DNA of 64,000 bases, from NCBI GenBank assembly GCA_002269645.1, contig NIVC01001743.1:124001-188000 (forward strand). Direction: 5' to 3'. The notes beneath the pieces are model-generated. The model had not been told where the DNA came from. It worked only from the letters and a program-made list of their open reading frames with translations, and did no database searches. Shown here piece by piece: positions 21,869 through 34,600 of the stretch (the stretch's first letter is position 1; every line of letters begins with the position of its first letter). Origin of the DNA: Macrostomum lignano. Its lineage: Eukaryota. The translations under genes were made by a program, and so were the position numbers.

Positions 21869-22039
21869 CACCGGTAGAGCGAAGTTTAGCTAGCGCCTAT
21901 CTCGTACACGTAATAGCAGAGCCGTGCGTCCAATGGATTTATTCCACCTAAAAAATACTTTTGCTTTGATCTTTAGTTACACATTGCTTCTGCGTGTTTG
22001 TACGAGTATTTAGATGTCATAGGGAGCAAATTGGATGTG

Positions 22040-22215
22040 CGGCCCCAAAATGAGTGACTTGCGCCAAAATAAGTAACTGCGCCAAAATGGGTGTCTGTGG
22101 CGCCAAAATTAGTGTCTGCGGCGCTAAGAACAGTAGCTCAACAATTAGTCCGATTACAAAAAAAACACAGAATTTTTGTTTTGGAATCTTGGTTTAGTTC
22201 CCCCCCCAACATAAA
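22040..22215 (+). repeat. Dispersed-repeat fragment related to the interior of the 1209-1572 element
   Basis: Same GCGCCAAAA-TGAGTG subrepeats and CCCCCC(A)ACATAAAAT motif as 1357-1555. Confidence 0.55.
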
Positions 22216-22343
22216 ATATTAGACGCTCAATGTACCGAGAGTTTAGACACGAAATTTTTACATGTACACGTTTAAAGTAAAAGCATATTAAAAACTTTGT
22301 GTGACCTTCACTATAATATTAACAATATTAGTCTCGCACAGAT

Positions 22344-22750
22344 TGTCACGACTTGCTTAGTCGTTTCTTCAAGTTCATCTGCACTCGTCTCTGTGTTTCT
22401 CTCCCTCTTTATGTCCAGTTCAGTCTTGTTGTTCTTATCTCTCTCCCTGGCTGCCTTCTGATTGGCTCTTCAAACTCGACTCTTTCCACAGTCGCGCTCG
22501 CGCACTCCACCCTCCATTTCTTATTTGCAACCCCCGTAGTTTAATGTCTTAATGTTTGTTAAATTAAAAAGTCTCTTATTCTCCTGTCGCGACTGAGGAG
22601 GAGAGGCGAGGTTGAAGAGCCAATCAGAAGGCAGCGAGGGAGAGAGATAAGAATAACAAGATTGAACTGGACAGAGAGGGAGAGAAACAGAGTAAACATA
22701 CAATAGATAAGTTCAGATGAACTGAAGAAATGACTAAGAAAGTCGAGACA
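22344..22750. mobile_element. Fold-back MITE with TGT...ACA ends (Ginger-like candidate)
   Basis: 22344-22496 is an imperfect inverted copy of 22588-22750. Ends TGTCACGACT / AGTCGAGACA; GAT flanks both sides. Confidence 0.7.
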
Positions 22751-23332
22751 GATTATGCCCAACTAATAGGAAAATAATTAATATAAGGTATCATTTTTAT
22801 CTGTGTGCCTAACAGTTGATATTTATTGTCGGAAAATCAAATTTCTGTAATTGTGGTACTCTTTAACTAACCTAATAAACAAATTTTCAAACTAAATCAC
22901 AATAAAATACTATTACGAACTATAATACTACTTATTAGTAGTATTGTCTTTATCGTTAGATTATTTAAAGTCCAATCTGCAGACGTGGGATATGACTTGC
23001 ATAAACTGCTAAGAAGCTTAAATCTTTTAAAGCTACTTTCAAGTAGGTAATGCATTGTGGATTGATTTGTTGAAAGCATTATGCTCTCTGTCTCTGTGAC
23101 CCTCAAACTTTGATGATGATGAGAAAGCTATTTAGGTTCACCTGGAGATCTTAATTAACTAATAGTTTACAGTGGCTGCCGTAAGGGTTGGGTTACGCAA
23201 CCGGCCTATTCCGCTGTGTACTAAAACCGGCTAACTCTGCTTAACTTGCGATTCAGGTATATCAGAAAATATACTCAGGATAAAATAAGAAACTCAGGTA
23301 CATGTATATCAAAAAAGATGCTCAGGTATATC

Positions 23333-23388
23333 CACAGATACTATAAACATTATTATTAATACGCCTATTAATGTTTATAGTATCTGTG
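23333..23388. mobile_element. 56-bp TIR-only element with 8-bp target duplication
   Basis: CACAGATACTATAAACATTA (20 bp) + 16-nt spacer + exact reverse complement. Flanked by GGTATATC (23325-23332) and GCTATATC (23389-23396). Confidence 0.7.
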
Positions 23389-23396
23389 GCTATATC

Positions 23397-24277
23397 AGAT
23401 AAGATACTCAGGTATATCAGATAAGATACTCAGGTATGTCAGATTAGATACTCAGGTATGTCAGATAAGATACTCAGGTACATCAGATAAGATACTCAGG
23501 TATATCAGATAAGATACTCGGATACATCAGATAAGATACTCAGGTATATCAGATAAGATACTCGGGTACATCAGATAAGATACTCAGGTACATCAGATAA
23601 GATACTCAGGTACATCATAAGATAAGATACTGGGATATATCAGAAGATAAGATACTGGGATATATCAGATAAGATACTCAGGTATGTCAGATAAGATACT
23701 CGGGTACATCATATAAGATACTCAGGTATGTCAGATAAGATACTCAGGTATGTCAGATAAGATACTCGGGTACATCAGATAAGATACTCAGGTATGTCAG
23801 ATAAGATACTCAGGTATGTCAGATAAGATACTCGGGTACATCAGATAAGATACTCAGGTATATCAGATAAGATACTCGGGTACATCAGATAAGATACTCA
23901 GGTATATCAGATAAGATACTCAGGTATGTCAGATAAGATACTCAGGTATATCAGATAAGATACTCAGGTACATCAGATAAGATACTCAGGTACATCAGAT
24001 AAGATACTCAGGTATGTCAGATAAGATACTCAGGTATATCAGATAAGATACTCAGGTACATCAGATAAGATACTCAGGTATGTCAGATTAGATACTCAGG
24101 TATGTCAGATAAGATACTCGGGTACATCAGATAAGATACTCAGGTATATCAGATAAGATACTCAGGTATGTCAGATAAGATACTCAGGTATATCAGATAA
24201 GATACTCGGGTACATCAGATAAGATACTCAGGTATATCAGATAAGATACTCGGGTACATCAGATAAGATACTCAGGT
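23397..24277. repeat. 22-bp minisatellite (TCAGATAAGATACTCAGGTAYR), ~40 copies
   Basis: Direct reading. Confidence 0.95.
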
Positions 24278-24919
24278 TCAAAAAAGAAAAAACCAGTGAA
24301 CTCCACAAATATGTCAATTTCAAACTCTACTCAAGCAAAGAATCAGAACCTAAAAGCAGCAGAAGCCGCATCAGAATAGCAATTCTCATTTCCGCCACAT
24401 TAACAAGTTCCTAAAATGAAAATATAATTACTAAACACGGCACATTGACACACGGACATACATAAATTGTTACAACATGAACAAAGTCCAGCCAAATGAC
24501 AAAGCATATAAATAATACGGCCACAACACGTCCACAGGAAGCGCAAGCCAGAAAAATGTCCTAAAAATAGGAGTAAAACGCAAATCTAACTACTAAAAGA
24601 TCAACGTTGCTAATAGGACAAGACAACAGGGTTGGATTAAATGTTTAATTCAATAAATATCGATAATTTTGATCAGCAGAATTGCCACTCCGAATTCTTG
24701 GGAATTATTTGCGGCTGCGTAAATGGGTGAAAAAAAACAAACAAACTTCACTGACATAGGTGACAGACTTTAAGTGAAAAAACTAAAGCACAAACTTGCT
24801 AACAACGAGACACAAAATTCAGTCCTATTATGCCTTTGATTAATATTACTTCTTGATAGTAGTATGTGATGCCGTTTAGTAAACATTTTCAATGAAAAAT
24901 GGTTTTAAACGTCAAGAAT

Positions 24920-25560
24920 AATCCAAATCTTAAGATCCCAGATCCGAATCTTGAGATCCCAGATGCAAATCTTGAGATCCCAGATCCCAAATCTTGAGAT
25001 CCCAGATCCCAATCTTGAGATCCCAGATCCAAATCTTGAGATCCCAGATCCAAATCTTGAGATCCCAGATCCCAGATCTTGAGATCCCAGATCCAAATCT
25101 TGAGATCCCAGATCCCAATCTTGAGATCCCAGATCCAAATCTTGAGATCCCAGATCCAAATCTTGAGATCCCAGATCCAAATCTTGAGATCCCAGATCCC
25201 AAATCTTGAGATCCCAGATCCAGATCTTGAGATCCCAGATCCAAATCTTGAGATCCCAGATCCAAATCTTAGGATCCAAGATCCGAATCTTGAGATCCCA
25301 GATCCCAAATCTTGAGATCCCAGATCCAGATCTTGAGATCCCAGATCCAAATCTTGAGATCCCAGATCCAAATCTTAGGATCCCAGATCCGAATCTTAAG
25401 ATCCCAGATCCAAATCTTGAGATCCCAGATCCCAAATCTTGAGATCCCAGATCCCAATCTTGACATCCCAGATCCAAATCTTAAGATCCCAGATCCCAAA
25501 TCTTGAGATCCCAGATCCCAATCTTAAGATCCCAGCTACCAATCTCGAGATCCCAGATCT
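24920..25560. repeat. 21-22-bp minisatellite (GAGATCCCAGATCCAAATCTT)
   Basis: Direct reading. Source of the DLGSQD/LRSQI repeat ORFs. Confidence 0.95.
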
Positions 25561-25890
25561 CAGATTCTCAGATTCTCAGATTCAGAGAATTCAGATTCAA
25601 TCTCAGATTCATTTTTAGATCCCAGATCCCAATCTCATCAAAATCTTACAGTCCAAAGCATTGGAAATGATAGCACAAAATAAAACTAGCAGGAAAAGGC
25701 AAAAACCAACTAGTCTAACAACTAGCAACAACATTGCCACAAAAGATAAGACACGATATTAATCATCACTGTAAAGCAATTTAGAAAAAGCAGATTTCAA
25801 GCCGCAATTATTTGCCAACGAATGTTAATTTTTTTGCAAATTTTCCAAAACAGAAAAAACAAATCTGACTATAGAAATGTTTCTTAAACT

Positions 25891-26090
25891 TGCACGCTAC
25901 TGTCAGTAGTTTAATTTCAAGGTCGCTATTATAATAATCTTGCACACTACTGTCAGTAGTTTAATTTCAAGGTTGCTATTATAATAATCTTGCACACTAC
26001 TGTCAGTAGTTTAATTTCAAGGTTGCTATTATAATAATCTTGCACACTACTGTCAGTAGTTTGACGTCACTGGCCGCTATTATAATAATT
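25891..26090. repeat. 50-bp tandem repeat (~4 units) overlapping the PAPSS stop codon
   Basis: TGCAC(A/G)CTACTGTCAGTAGTTT... starts at 25891, 25941, 25991 and 26041. Confidence 0.9.
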
Positions 26091-26639
26091 GGCCAAAACC
26101 TTCCAAGCCGCCGGGGCCATAAATCCGTCCGGTGGCAGCTGGCCAGTTTTGGCCAGATTTCGCATCCGCGTGCCCGAGATGAAGTCGAAGTCGGACTTTC
26201 TGGCCGGGTCAAAGAAGGCCATCTGGCTGACGGACTTGTCGTAGGCGGCCACGCGGAACGGCACAATCTCCAGCTGGGCGAGGCCGGGGGCCATAGTCAG
26301 GACGGTGGCGCCGTGAGTCGGGTTGTACAGGTCCTGTCCGGGAGTGTCCGGATCGGGCAGACCGGCCGGATCCCGGCCGACAATATAGAAAGAAGCTCCG
26401 GCGTTCATGCGGGCCTTGGCGTGCCACTGCACCTCGGTGGGGCCGGCGTACAGCATGGGGGCGGGGAAGATGGCCGTGACGGTGGTGGCCGGGTCCAGCA
26501 CGCCTTCGCGTAGAACCTCCGCGTGTTGGCGCATGCGGACGTCTAGCGGGACATCGTCCGGTTTTGTCCAGCCGCCGAGGGGGTGCAGCAGAAGCACCGG
26601 GTTGCGGTAGCCGCGCTCCAGCAGGCGGCGGCGGGTGTC
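26067..26639 (-). CDS. PAPSS: PAPS synthase, last exon (ATP sulfurylase C-terminal part)
   Basis: Acceptor ...CCGTCAG|[51 protein letters not shown], stop at 26067. Phase 0. Confidence 0.95.
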   Translation of the reverse strand, partial: DTRRRLLERGYRNPVLLLHPLGGWTKPDDVPLDVRMRQHAEVLREGVLDPATTVTAIFPAPMLYAGPTEVQWHAKARMNAGASFYIVGRDPAGLPDPDTPGQDLYNPTHGATVLTMAPGLAQLEIVPFRVAAYDKSVSQMAFFDPARKSDFDFISGTRMRNLAKTGQLPPDGFMAPAAWKVLANYYNSGQ

Positions 26640-26764
26640 CTGACGGTTGGCGGGGTTGGTTGGGGTGTTTATCTGGCTGGATGGAGCTTTACTGTTCAAA
26701 TAGGTCAAGTGTTTATTATGTAGGAGGCGTTTATTGGGCTGATGAGGTTTGCCAGGGCGTAATA

Positions 26765-27440
26765 GGGTAGGGTCAGGGTGTTTATAGGGCTAGGGTCAGG
26801 GTGTTTATAGGGTAGGGTCAGGGTGTTTATAGGGGTAGGGTCAGGGTGTTTATAGGGGTAGGGTCAGGGTGTTTATAGTCTATGGGTCAGGGTGTTTATA
26901 GTCTATGGGTCAGGGTGTTCATAGTCTAGGGGTCAGGGTGTTTATAGCTCGTAGTCTAGAAGTCAGGGTGTTCATAGTCTAGGGGTCAGGGTGTTTATTG
27001 CTCGTAGCTAGAAGTCAGGGTGTTCATAGTCTAGGGGTCAGGGTGTTTATTGCTCGTAGCTAGAAGTCAGGGTGTTCATAGTCTAGGGGTCAGGGTGTTT
27101 ATAGCTCGTAGTCTAGAAGTCAGGGTGTTCATATTCTAGGGGTCAGGGTGTTTATAGCTCGTAGTCTAGAAGTCAGGGTGTTCATAGTCTAGGGGTCAGG
27201 GTGTTTATAGCTCGTAGTCTAGAAGTCAGGGTGTTCATAGTCTAGGGGTCAGGGTGTTTATAGCTCGTAGTCTAGAAGTCAGGGTGTTCATAGTCTAGGG
27301 GTCAGGGTGTTTATTGCTCGTAGCTAGAAGTCAGGGTGTTTATAGTCTAGGGGTCAGGGTGTTTACAGGGTAGGGGTCAGGGTGTTTATAGCTCGTAGTC
27401 TAGAAGTCAGGGTGTTATAGTCTAGGGGTCAGGGTGTTTA
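26765..27440. repeat. Intronic minisatellite (GGGTCAGGGTGTTTATAG core; 22-30-bp units, often as a dimer)
   Basis: Fills most of PAPSS intron 26640-27463. Confidence 0.9.
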
Positions 27441-27463
27441 AACAGACAGACAGTCGCCCACAC

Positions 27464-28000
27464 CTGCATGAGCAAGGCGTGCCCGTTGTGCACGGGGTTG
27501 CGCAGCTGGAAGGCGAACACGGCATCGGCTCCCATAGCCTCAAACTTGGCCCGCAGCTGCAGCGGGGTCAGCCGGTACTCGTCCAGCCCGTCGCCCCAGC
27601 GCATCGGCTCCAGCAGGGCAATCTGGCCGCCAATCAGCCAGTCGCCACTAGCCATGATTCTCTCCACGCTGGGGTGCCCCGGCGAGGCTGTACCGAAGAT
27701 CCGGCAGCAGCGCTCCCGCTTGTTGTGCGGGAAAATCTCTGGACAGCGCAGCACGCCAATGAGCCGGCCGGAGTAGCGCAGGCCGACAACTGGCCGGCCT
27801 TCAACCGAGGCTTTGGTGGCCTCGTCGATGGCCAGCACAATTGGGACGCTCTGATTGTGCACCGGGCCGCCCAGGAAGGCATCGTCGCCTCCGCCGGGTG
27901 TCGTGTCCGCCTCCGTGATGGTGCCAAAGTGCAGGCATTGAAGGTACTGACGCTCGGTCATGAAGCCGCGCAGCGGGTGAGCCCAGCCTTCGGACAGCAC
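27464..28000 (-). CDS. PAPSS: PAPS synthase, middle exon (ATP sulfurylase N-terminal part)
   Basis: Acceptor ...AATCAG|GTG, donor CAG|[20 protein letters not shown]...[17 protein letters not shown] (HxGH motif). 537 nt, phase 0/0. Confidence 0.95.
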
Positions 28001-28204
28001 CTGATTGCATGGCGTGGGTTATGAATATGAATGAGATACAGTTTAAGCACTGAGCAACCAGAAACAACCAAATACGTATAGCGTCTAGGTCTATCAAAAA
28101 CCTCATAATTTACCCAGAAATCTTAGATAGTCTACTCTCAGAGACTTCTCAGTCTACTTCAGAAACGTATTAGTCTACTTAAAACACATAATAGTCTACT
28201 TTAG

Positions 28205-28690
28205 ACGCCTAATAGTCTGCTTAGATATCCGACAGTCTACTCAGATACCCGATAGTCTACTCAGATACCCGATAGTCTACTCAGATACCCAATAGTCTGC
28301 TCAGATATCCGACAGTCTACTCAGACACCCAATAGTCTACTCAGACACCCAATAGTCTACTCAGACACCCAATAGTCTATTCAGACACCCAATAGTCTAC
28401 TCAGACACCCAATAGTCTACTCAGACACCCAATAGTCTACTCAGACACCCAATAGTCTACTCAGACACCCAATAGTCTACTCAGATACCCGATAGTCTAC
28501 TCAGACACCCAATAGTCTACTCAGATACCCGATAGTCTACTCAGACACTAGATAGTCTACTCAGACACTAGATAGTCTACTCAGATATCTGATAGTCTAC
28601 TCAGACACCCGATAGTCTACTCAAATACCAGATAGTCTACTCAGACACCAGATAGTCTACTCAGACACCAGATTGTCTACTCAGACACCG
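28205..28690. repeat. 20-bp intronic minisatellite (AATAGTCTACTCAGACACCC)
   Basis: Direct reading. Confidence 0.93.
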
Positions 28691-29414
28691 AAACAGTCAA
28701 CTCAGTCAACTTTTAAGTCACAGAAAACCGAGTGACAACAATAGCGAAAAAAAATTCCAAAGCAAACAAGAAAGAAATTTGTTCATTATCTAGAATCCGA
28801 CGGAGGTCTGCCTGGCCCCAGGCGGAAGAGGTAGAGACAAACTCGGCACATGATGGATAAACACGGAAGCCCCAGCAGAGCACAGGAAAAAGTCAACGTC
28901 AAACATCGCCCCCCCCCCCCCCCGGAAGGAAAGACACAGCCCAGCAGCAGAGGACAGACCAACCCGAGCAAGGAGGCAGGGTCTCCCTTCACCCGTCCTT
29001 CCTTCCTCTCAGATCGCTCTCTGCATGCACTTTTCCCTGTCGCTAGGCCACGGACAGGCATAATATTCGCTGGGACCAGACCGAACTAAACCCCCCCCCT
29101 CTGGAGCAATCTGCTCAATCTCAATCTTAGCCTCAGTCAGTCTCCCATCTCCCTGAAATCCTCATCCTGACGAAGAGAATCATAAGCGAAAATCCCCTCT
29201 AGGTTCTCAGCGGAGTAATCCCATTAGTAATTTGCATCTTGGGATAACACGAGCCCCGACCCAGTTACCGGAATTCTAAGCTCTCTGATTATCCCAAAAT
29301 TAAGCTTGGCTTGGTATCGAAATTGACCCGGTTGGCAGCTAAAAGAACAGAACAAATAGATCTTTGTTTTATCTAACCTATGAGGTCTAACCGTGAAACA
29401 ATAATATTACTAAT

Positions 29415-29650
29415 GAGATCTCACCGTGAGACAATAATCTTACTAATGAGATCTCACCGTGAGACAATAATCTTACTAATGAGATCTCACCGTGAGACGA
29501 TAATCTTACCAATGAGATAGATCTCTCCGTGAGACAATTATATTAACAATGAGATCTCACCGTGAGACAATTATCTTGCCAAAGAGATCTTACTGTGAGA
29601 CAATAATCTTACCAATGAGATCTCACCGTAAGACAATAATCTTACCAATG
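29415..29650. repeat. 33-bp intronic minisatellite (AATGAGATCTCACCGTGAGACAATAATCTTACT)
   Basis: About 7 units. Confidence 0.9.
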
Positions 29651-29737
29651 AAACATCGTCGCTAAACTTAAAAAAATGCATCTATGGCATCTCAAATCCC
29701 AGCACTAGACTATAAATATCTTACCGTTGGAAGTAGA

Positions 29738-30030
29738 AAAAATCTCACCTATGAGACTATAAAAATCTCACCTATGAGACTATAAAAATCTCACCTATGA
29801 GACTACAAAAATCTCACCTATGAGACTATAAAAATCTCACCTATGAGACTATAAAAATCTCACCTATGAGACTATAAAAATCTCACCTATGAGACTACAA
29901 AAATCTCACCTATGAGACTATAAAAATCTCACCTATGAGACTATAAAAATCTCACCTATGAGACTACAAAAATCTCACCTATGAGACTAAAAATCTCACC
30001 TATGAGACTAAAAATCTCACCTATGAGACT
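29738..30030. repeat. 23-bp intronic minisatellite (TGAGACTATAAAAATCTCACCTA)
   Basis: About 12 units, ending ~35 bp from the splice donor. Confidence 0.93.
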
Positions 30031-30065
30031 CACAAAAATCGCACACAAAGCAGCACAACACCCAC

Positions 30066-30800
30066 CTGAGCCCACTGAGCATCGATGAGGTCCAGTTCAA
30101 CGCTTGGCGCAGCCTCAGCCTCGGCCCTCAGCGCGGCATCGCCATCGGACAGCAGCAGTTCGACAATGTCGGACTGGGCGGCAGCGGCCGGCAGGACCTC
30201 CTGGCTGATCAGCAGGCCAACCACAGATTGCACAGCCTGGCGGATGCTGCAGTCGGCCGTCTGCACAGCGATGTCGGGGCTCAGCGGCGCCTCGTAGGCG
30301 CTGTCGATCCCGGTGAAGCCCTTGATGAGGCCCTCCCTGGCCTTCTTGTACAGCCCCTTGACGTCGCGATCTTCGCACACTTCCAACGGCGCATCGACAA
30401 AGATTTCGAAGAATTTCAATCCGGCCTCGTCGTGCAACTGGCGAGCCCGGTCCCGGTCGTTGCGGAACGGACTGATGAAGGCGGTGATGCACACGATGCC
30501 GCCGTCAGCGAACAGCTTGGCCACCTCGCTAACCCGACGGATGTTCTCTTCGCGATCCTCCTGCGAGAAGCCGAGGTTCTTGTTCAGCCCGGTGCGCATG
30601 TTGTCTCCGTCCAGGGTGTAGGCGGGGAAGCCGGCGGACACCAGGTAGTCCTCCAGGCCGAATGCGATGGTGGACTTGCCGGCGCCCGAGAGGCCGGTCA
30701 GCCAGATGGTGCAGCCGCGGAATCCGCCGCGCTGCCCGATCACCTGGGCGCGCTTGTCGCGGGTCACGTGATGCGCCTGACGGAACACGTTGGTTGCCAT
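30066..30800 (-). CDS. PAPSS: PAPS synthase, APS-kinase exon
   Basis: [13 protein letters not shown]-loop [48 protein letters not shown]; donor CAG|GTGGG. Joined CDS 735+537+573 nt = 614 aa. An AG acceptor at 30821-22 allows an upstream exon or trans-splicing. Confidence 0.95.
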
Positions 30801-30911
30801 GACCTTTGGTAGGCGTCGGTCTGGAATTGTTTTTTCAGATAGAGAGAAAGAGAGTAGAAACTTCCGCCGTTGGAGACAACCAGCTTCTTAGGTCTCATAC
30901 TCAGACTCTAG

Positions 30912-32105
30912 TTATGAGATCTCACCCTGTTGATTAGAGTCTCATCTATGAGATCTCACCCCATTGACTAGAGTCTCATCTATGAGATCTCACTCTGTTG
31001 ACTAGAGTTTTATCTATGAGATCTCACCATGTTGACTAGAGTCTCATCTATGAGATCTCACCCTGTTGACTAGAGTCTCATCTATGAGATCTCACCCCGT
31101 TGACTAGAGTCTCATCTATGAGATCTCACTCTGTTGACTAGAGTCTCATCTATGAGATCTCACCATGTTGACTAGAGTCTCATCTATGAGATCTCACCCC
31201 GTTGACTAGAGTCTCATCTATGAGATCTCACGCTGCTTTGATTAGAGTCTCCGTCTATCGATGAAATCTCACTGTGTGGCTAGAGTATTAACTATGAGAT
31301 CTCACCCTGTTGACTAGAGCCTCATCCATGAGATAGCACGCTGTTGATTATGGTCTCAGTCTCATCTATGATATCTCACACTGTTGACTGGAGTCTCATC
31401 TATGAGATCACACCCTGTTGACTAGAATCTTATCTATGAGATCTCACCCTTTTGACTAGAATCTTATCTATGAGATCTCACCCTTTTGACTAGAGTCTTA
31501 TCTATGAGATCTCAGCCTTTTGACTAGAGTCTTATCCATGCGATCTCACCCTGTTGACTAGAGTCATCTATGAGATCTCACCCTTTCGATTAGAATCTTA
31601 TCTATGAGATCTCAGCCTTTTGACTAGAGTCTTATCCATGCGATCTCACCCTGTTGACTAGAATCTCATTCATGAGATCTCACCCTGTTGACTAGAGTCA
31701 TCTATGAGATCTCACCCTTTCGACTAGAATCTTATCTATGAGATCTCAGCCTTTTGACTAGAGTCTTATCCATGCGATCTTACCCTGTTGACTAGAATCT
31801 CAGTCATGAGATCACACCCTGTTGACTAGAGTCATCTATGAGATCTCACCCTTTCGACTAGAATCTTATCTATGAGATCTCAGCCTTTTGACTAGAGTCT
31901 TATCCATGCGATCTCACCCTGTTGACTAGAATCTCATTCATGAGATCTCACACTGTTGACTAGAGTATTATCTATGAGATCTCACCCTTTTGACTAGGGT
32001 CTGATCTATGAGATCTCACCCTGTTGACTAGGGTCTCTTATCTATGAGATCTCACTCTGTTCATTAAAGTCTCATCTACGAGATCTCAAAATGTTGACTA
32101 GAGTC
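30912..32105. repeat. ~34-bp minisatellite (TCTATGAGATCTCACCCTGTTGACTAGAGTCTCA)
   Basis: About 35 units with sub-variant blocks. Confidence 0.93.
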
Positions 32106-33099
32106 TCATATAGAAGCTCTTATCTCAAGAATATAGAATCTCTTTAGAGAGATTTCATCTCGAAATTAAGAATACATAGATCTCATCTTGAACATGAGAC
32201 TACAAGACCTCATGCCACTATGAGATCTCTCTCACACACACATGAAGTATTTAATATAATCCAAGAACCAATACCGAATGGCTACCTTAAACTCTCCAAT
32301 CTGAAATTCCACCCAGCATAAATACATAGCGCAGATAAGCGAGCCTAAAAATATGCAAATCCACCAAACCGAGACAGGCATCACGCAGCTGCCAGCTAAG
32401 ATTGAAAAAGGAAAAATGATTAAATCCTCAATCAACCAAAAAAATCGATACGAATGAAAAAATAGATTGTTGAGACAAGTCACGACCAGCATGTTACCTT
32501 TCGCAGCGAATGCCATCCCTGCTGCAGGACTGTCGGGTTTGTTGTTGTTGGACAAAAAAATTCAGAAGAAATCAATAATTTCAACGAGGCGCTTATTATT
32601 AAAATTATTGAAATTTGAACTATTTATAACAGTGGGTTGGAGATCGAAGTTCAATCCGAGGACAAGCCGTCCCCGAGTAAGGAGCACTTGAAAACCAAGT
32701 CACAGGCACACCACGATCAACGATCTGAATACGTATATTATCGTAGCCAAAAACACAGTTTAAAATGCCTGAATTATCAGATCCAGCACGCGTGCGCTAC
32801 AATCGACTCAGCTGATTAGAACAGTTATTAGGCTTTCACAAAACATCACACGAGCCGACACCCACTGACACTGGGCACTTAATAAAATTGCTTATCTCTT
32901 TGTTTATCGACAGTGTGCTCTTTCTAATCGGCTGACTCTGAGCTGCACTTGTGTGTACTTTAACTGCATGCAGGCCCACTTCCACTCCATATTTGCGTGC
33001 TAAGAGCACAGGGTCACCGTTTTGGCGCTGGTGGTGCGGGGTGCATAGCTAATAAAGTTCTCTTAGAGATTGAAACTTGATAGAGACGGCTTCATATTT

Positions 33100-33272
33100 G
33101 TCTGCGTATGTCTGTCTGACTGTCTATCTGTCTTAGTGACTGTCTGTATGTCTGTCTGAGTGTCTGTATGTCTATCTGTCTGTCTGTCTGCCTGTCTGTC
33201 TGTCTGTCTGTCTATCTGTCTTAGTGACTGTCTGTATGTCTGTCTGAGTGTCTGTATGTCTATCTGTCTGCC

Positions 33273-33325
<53 letters not shown>

Positions 33326-33432
33326 GTCTGACTGTCTATCTGTCTTAGTGACTGTCTGTATGTCTGTCTGAGTGTCTGTATGTCTGTCTGAGTGTCTGTA
33401 TGTCTATCTGTCTGCCTGTCTGTCTGTCTGCC

Positions 33433-33473
<41 letters not shown>

Positions 33474-33528
33474 GCCTGTCTGTCTGTCTGTCTTAGTGAC
33501 TGTCTGTATGTCTGTCTTAGTATCTGTA

Positions 33529-33585
<57 letters not shown>

Positions 33586-33748
33586 GCCTGCCTGTCTGTC
33601 TGTCTGTCTTAGTGACTGTCTGTATGTCTGTCTTAGTATCTGTATGTCTATCTGTCTGTCTGTCTGCCTGTCTGTCTGTCTGTCTGTCTATCTGTCTTAG
33701 TGACTGTCTGTATGTCTGTCTGAGTGTCTGTATGTCTATCTGTCTGCC

Positions 33749-33797
<49 letters not shown>

Positions 33798-33884
33798 GTC
33801 TGACTGTCTATCTGTCTTAGTGACTGTCTGTATGTCTGTCTGAGTGTCTGTATGTCTATCTGTCTGCCTGTCTGTCTGTCTGCC

Positions 33885-33945
<61 letters not shown>

Positions 33946-33952
33946 GCCTGCC

Positions 33953-33997
<45 letters not shown>

Positions 33998-34377
33998 GAC
34001 TGTCTATCTATCTGCCTGTCTGTCTGTCTTAGTGACTGTCTGTCTGTCTGTTCTAGTGTCTGCCTGCCTGCCTGTCTGTCTGTCTGTCTGTCTGTCTGTC
34101 TGCCTGTCTGTCTGTCTGTCTGTCTGCCTGCCTGTCTGTCTGTCTGTCTGTCTGTCTGCCTGCCTGTCTGTCTGTCTGTCTGTCTGTCTGTCTGCCTGTC
34201 TGTCTGTCTGTCTGTCTGTCTGCCTGTCTGTCTGTCTGCCTGCCTGTCTGTCTGTCTTAGTGTCTTAGTCACCTTAGTGACTGTCTGTATGTCTGTCTTA
34301 GTGTCTGTCCGTCCTAGTGTCTGACTGTCTGTCTGTCTGACTGTCTATCTGTCTGTCTGTCTGTCTGTCTGCCTGAC

Positions 34378-34414
<37 letters not shown>

Positions 34415-34481
34415 GCCTGTCTGTCTGTCTGTCTGTCTGTCTGCTCAAGTGTCTGTCTGTCTGTCTGTCTGCCTGCCTGCC

Positions 34482-34534
<53 letters not shown>

Positions 34535-34541
34535 GGCAGAG

Positions 34542-34600
<59 letters not shown>

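Noticed and set aside
7500-22750. Sacsin as cargo of one giant transposon
   Set aside because: The flanking elements belong to different superfamilies, with no matching termini or TSD around the gene, and a giant exon is normal for sacsins.
24889-25506. Cluster of overlapping ORFs (DLGSQD, LRSQI)
   Set aside because: Translations of a 21-22-bp minisatellite.
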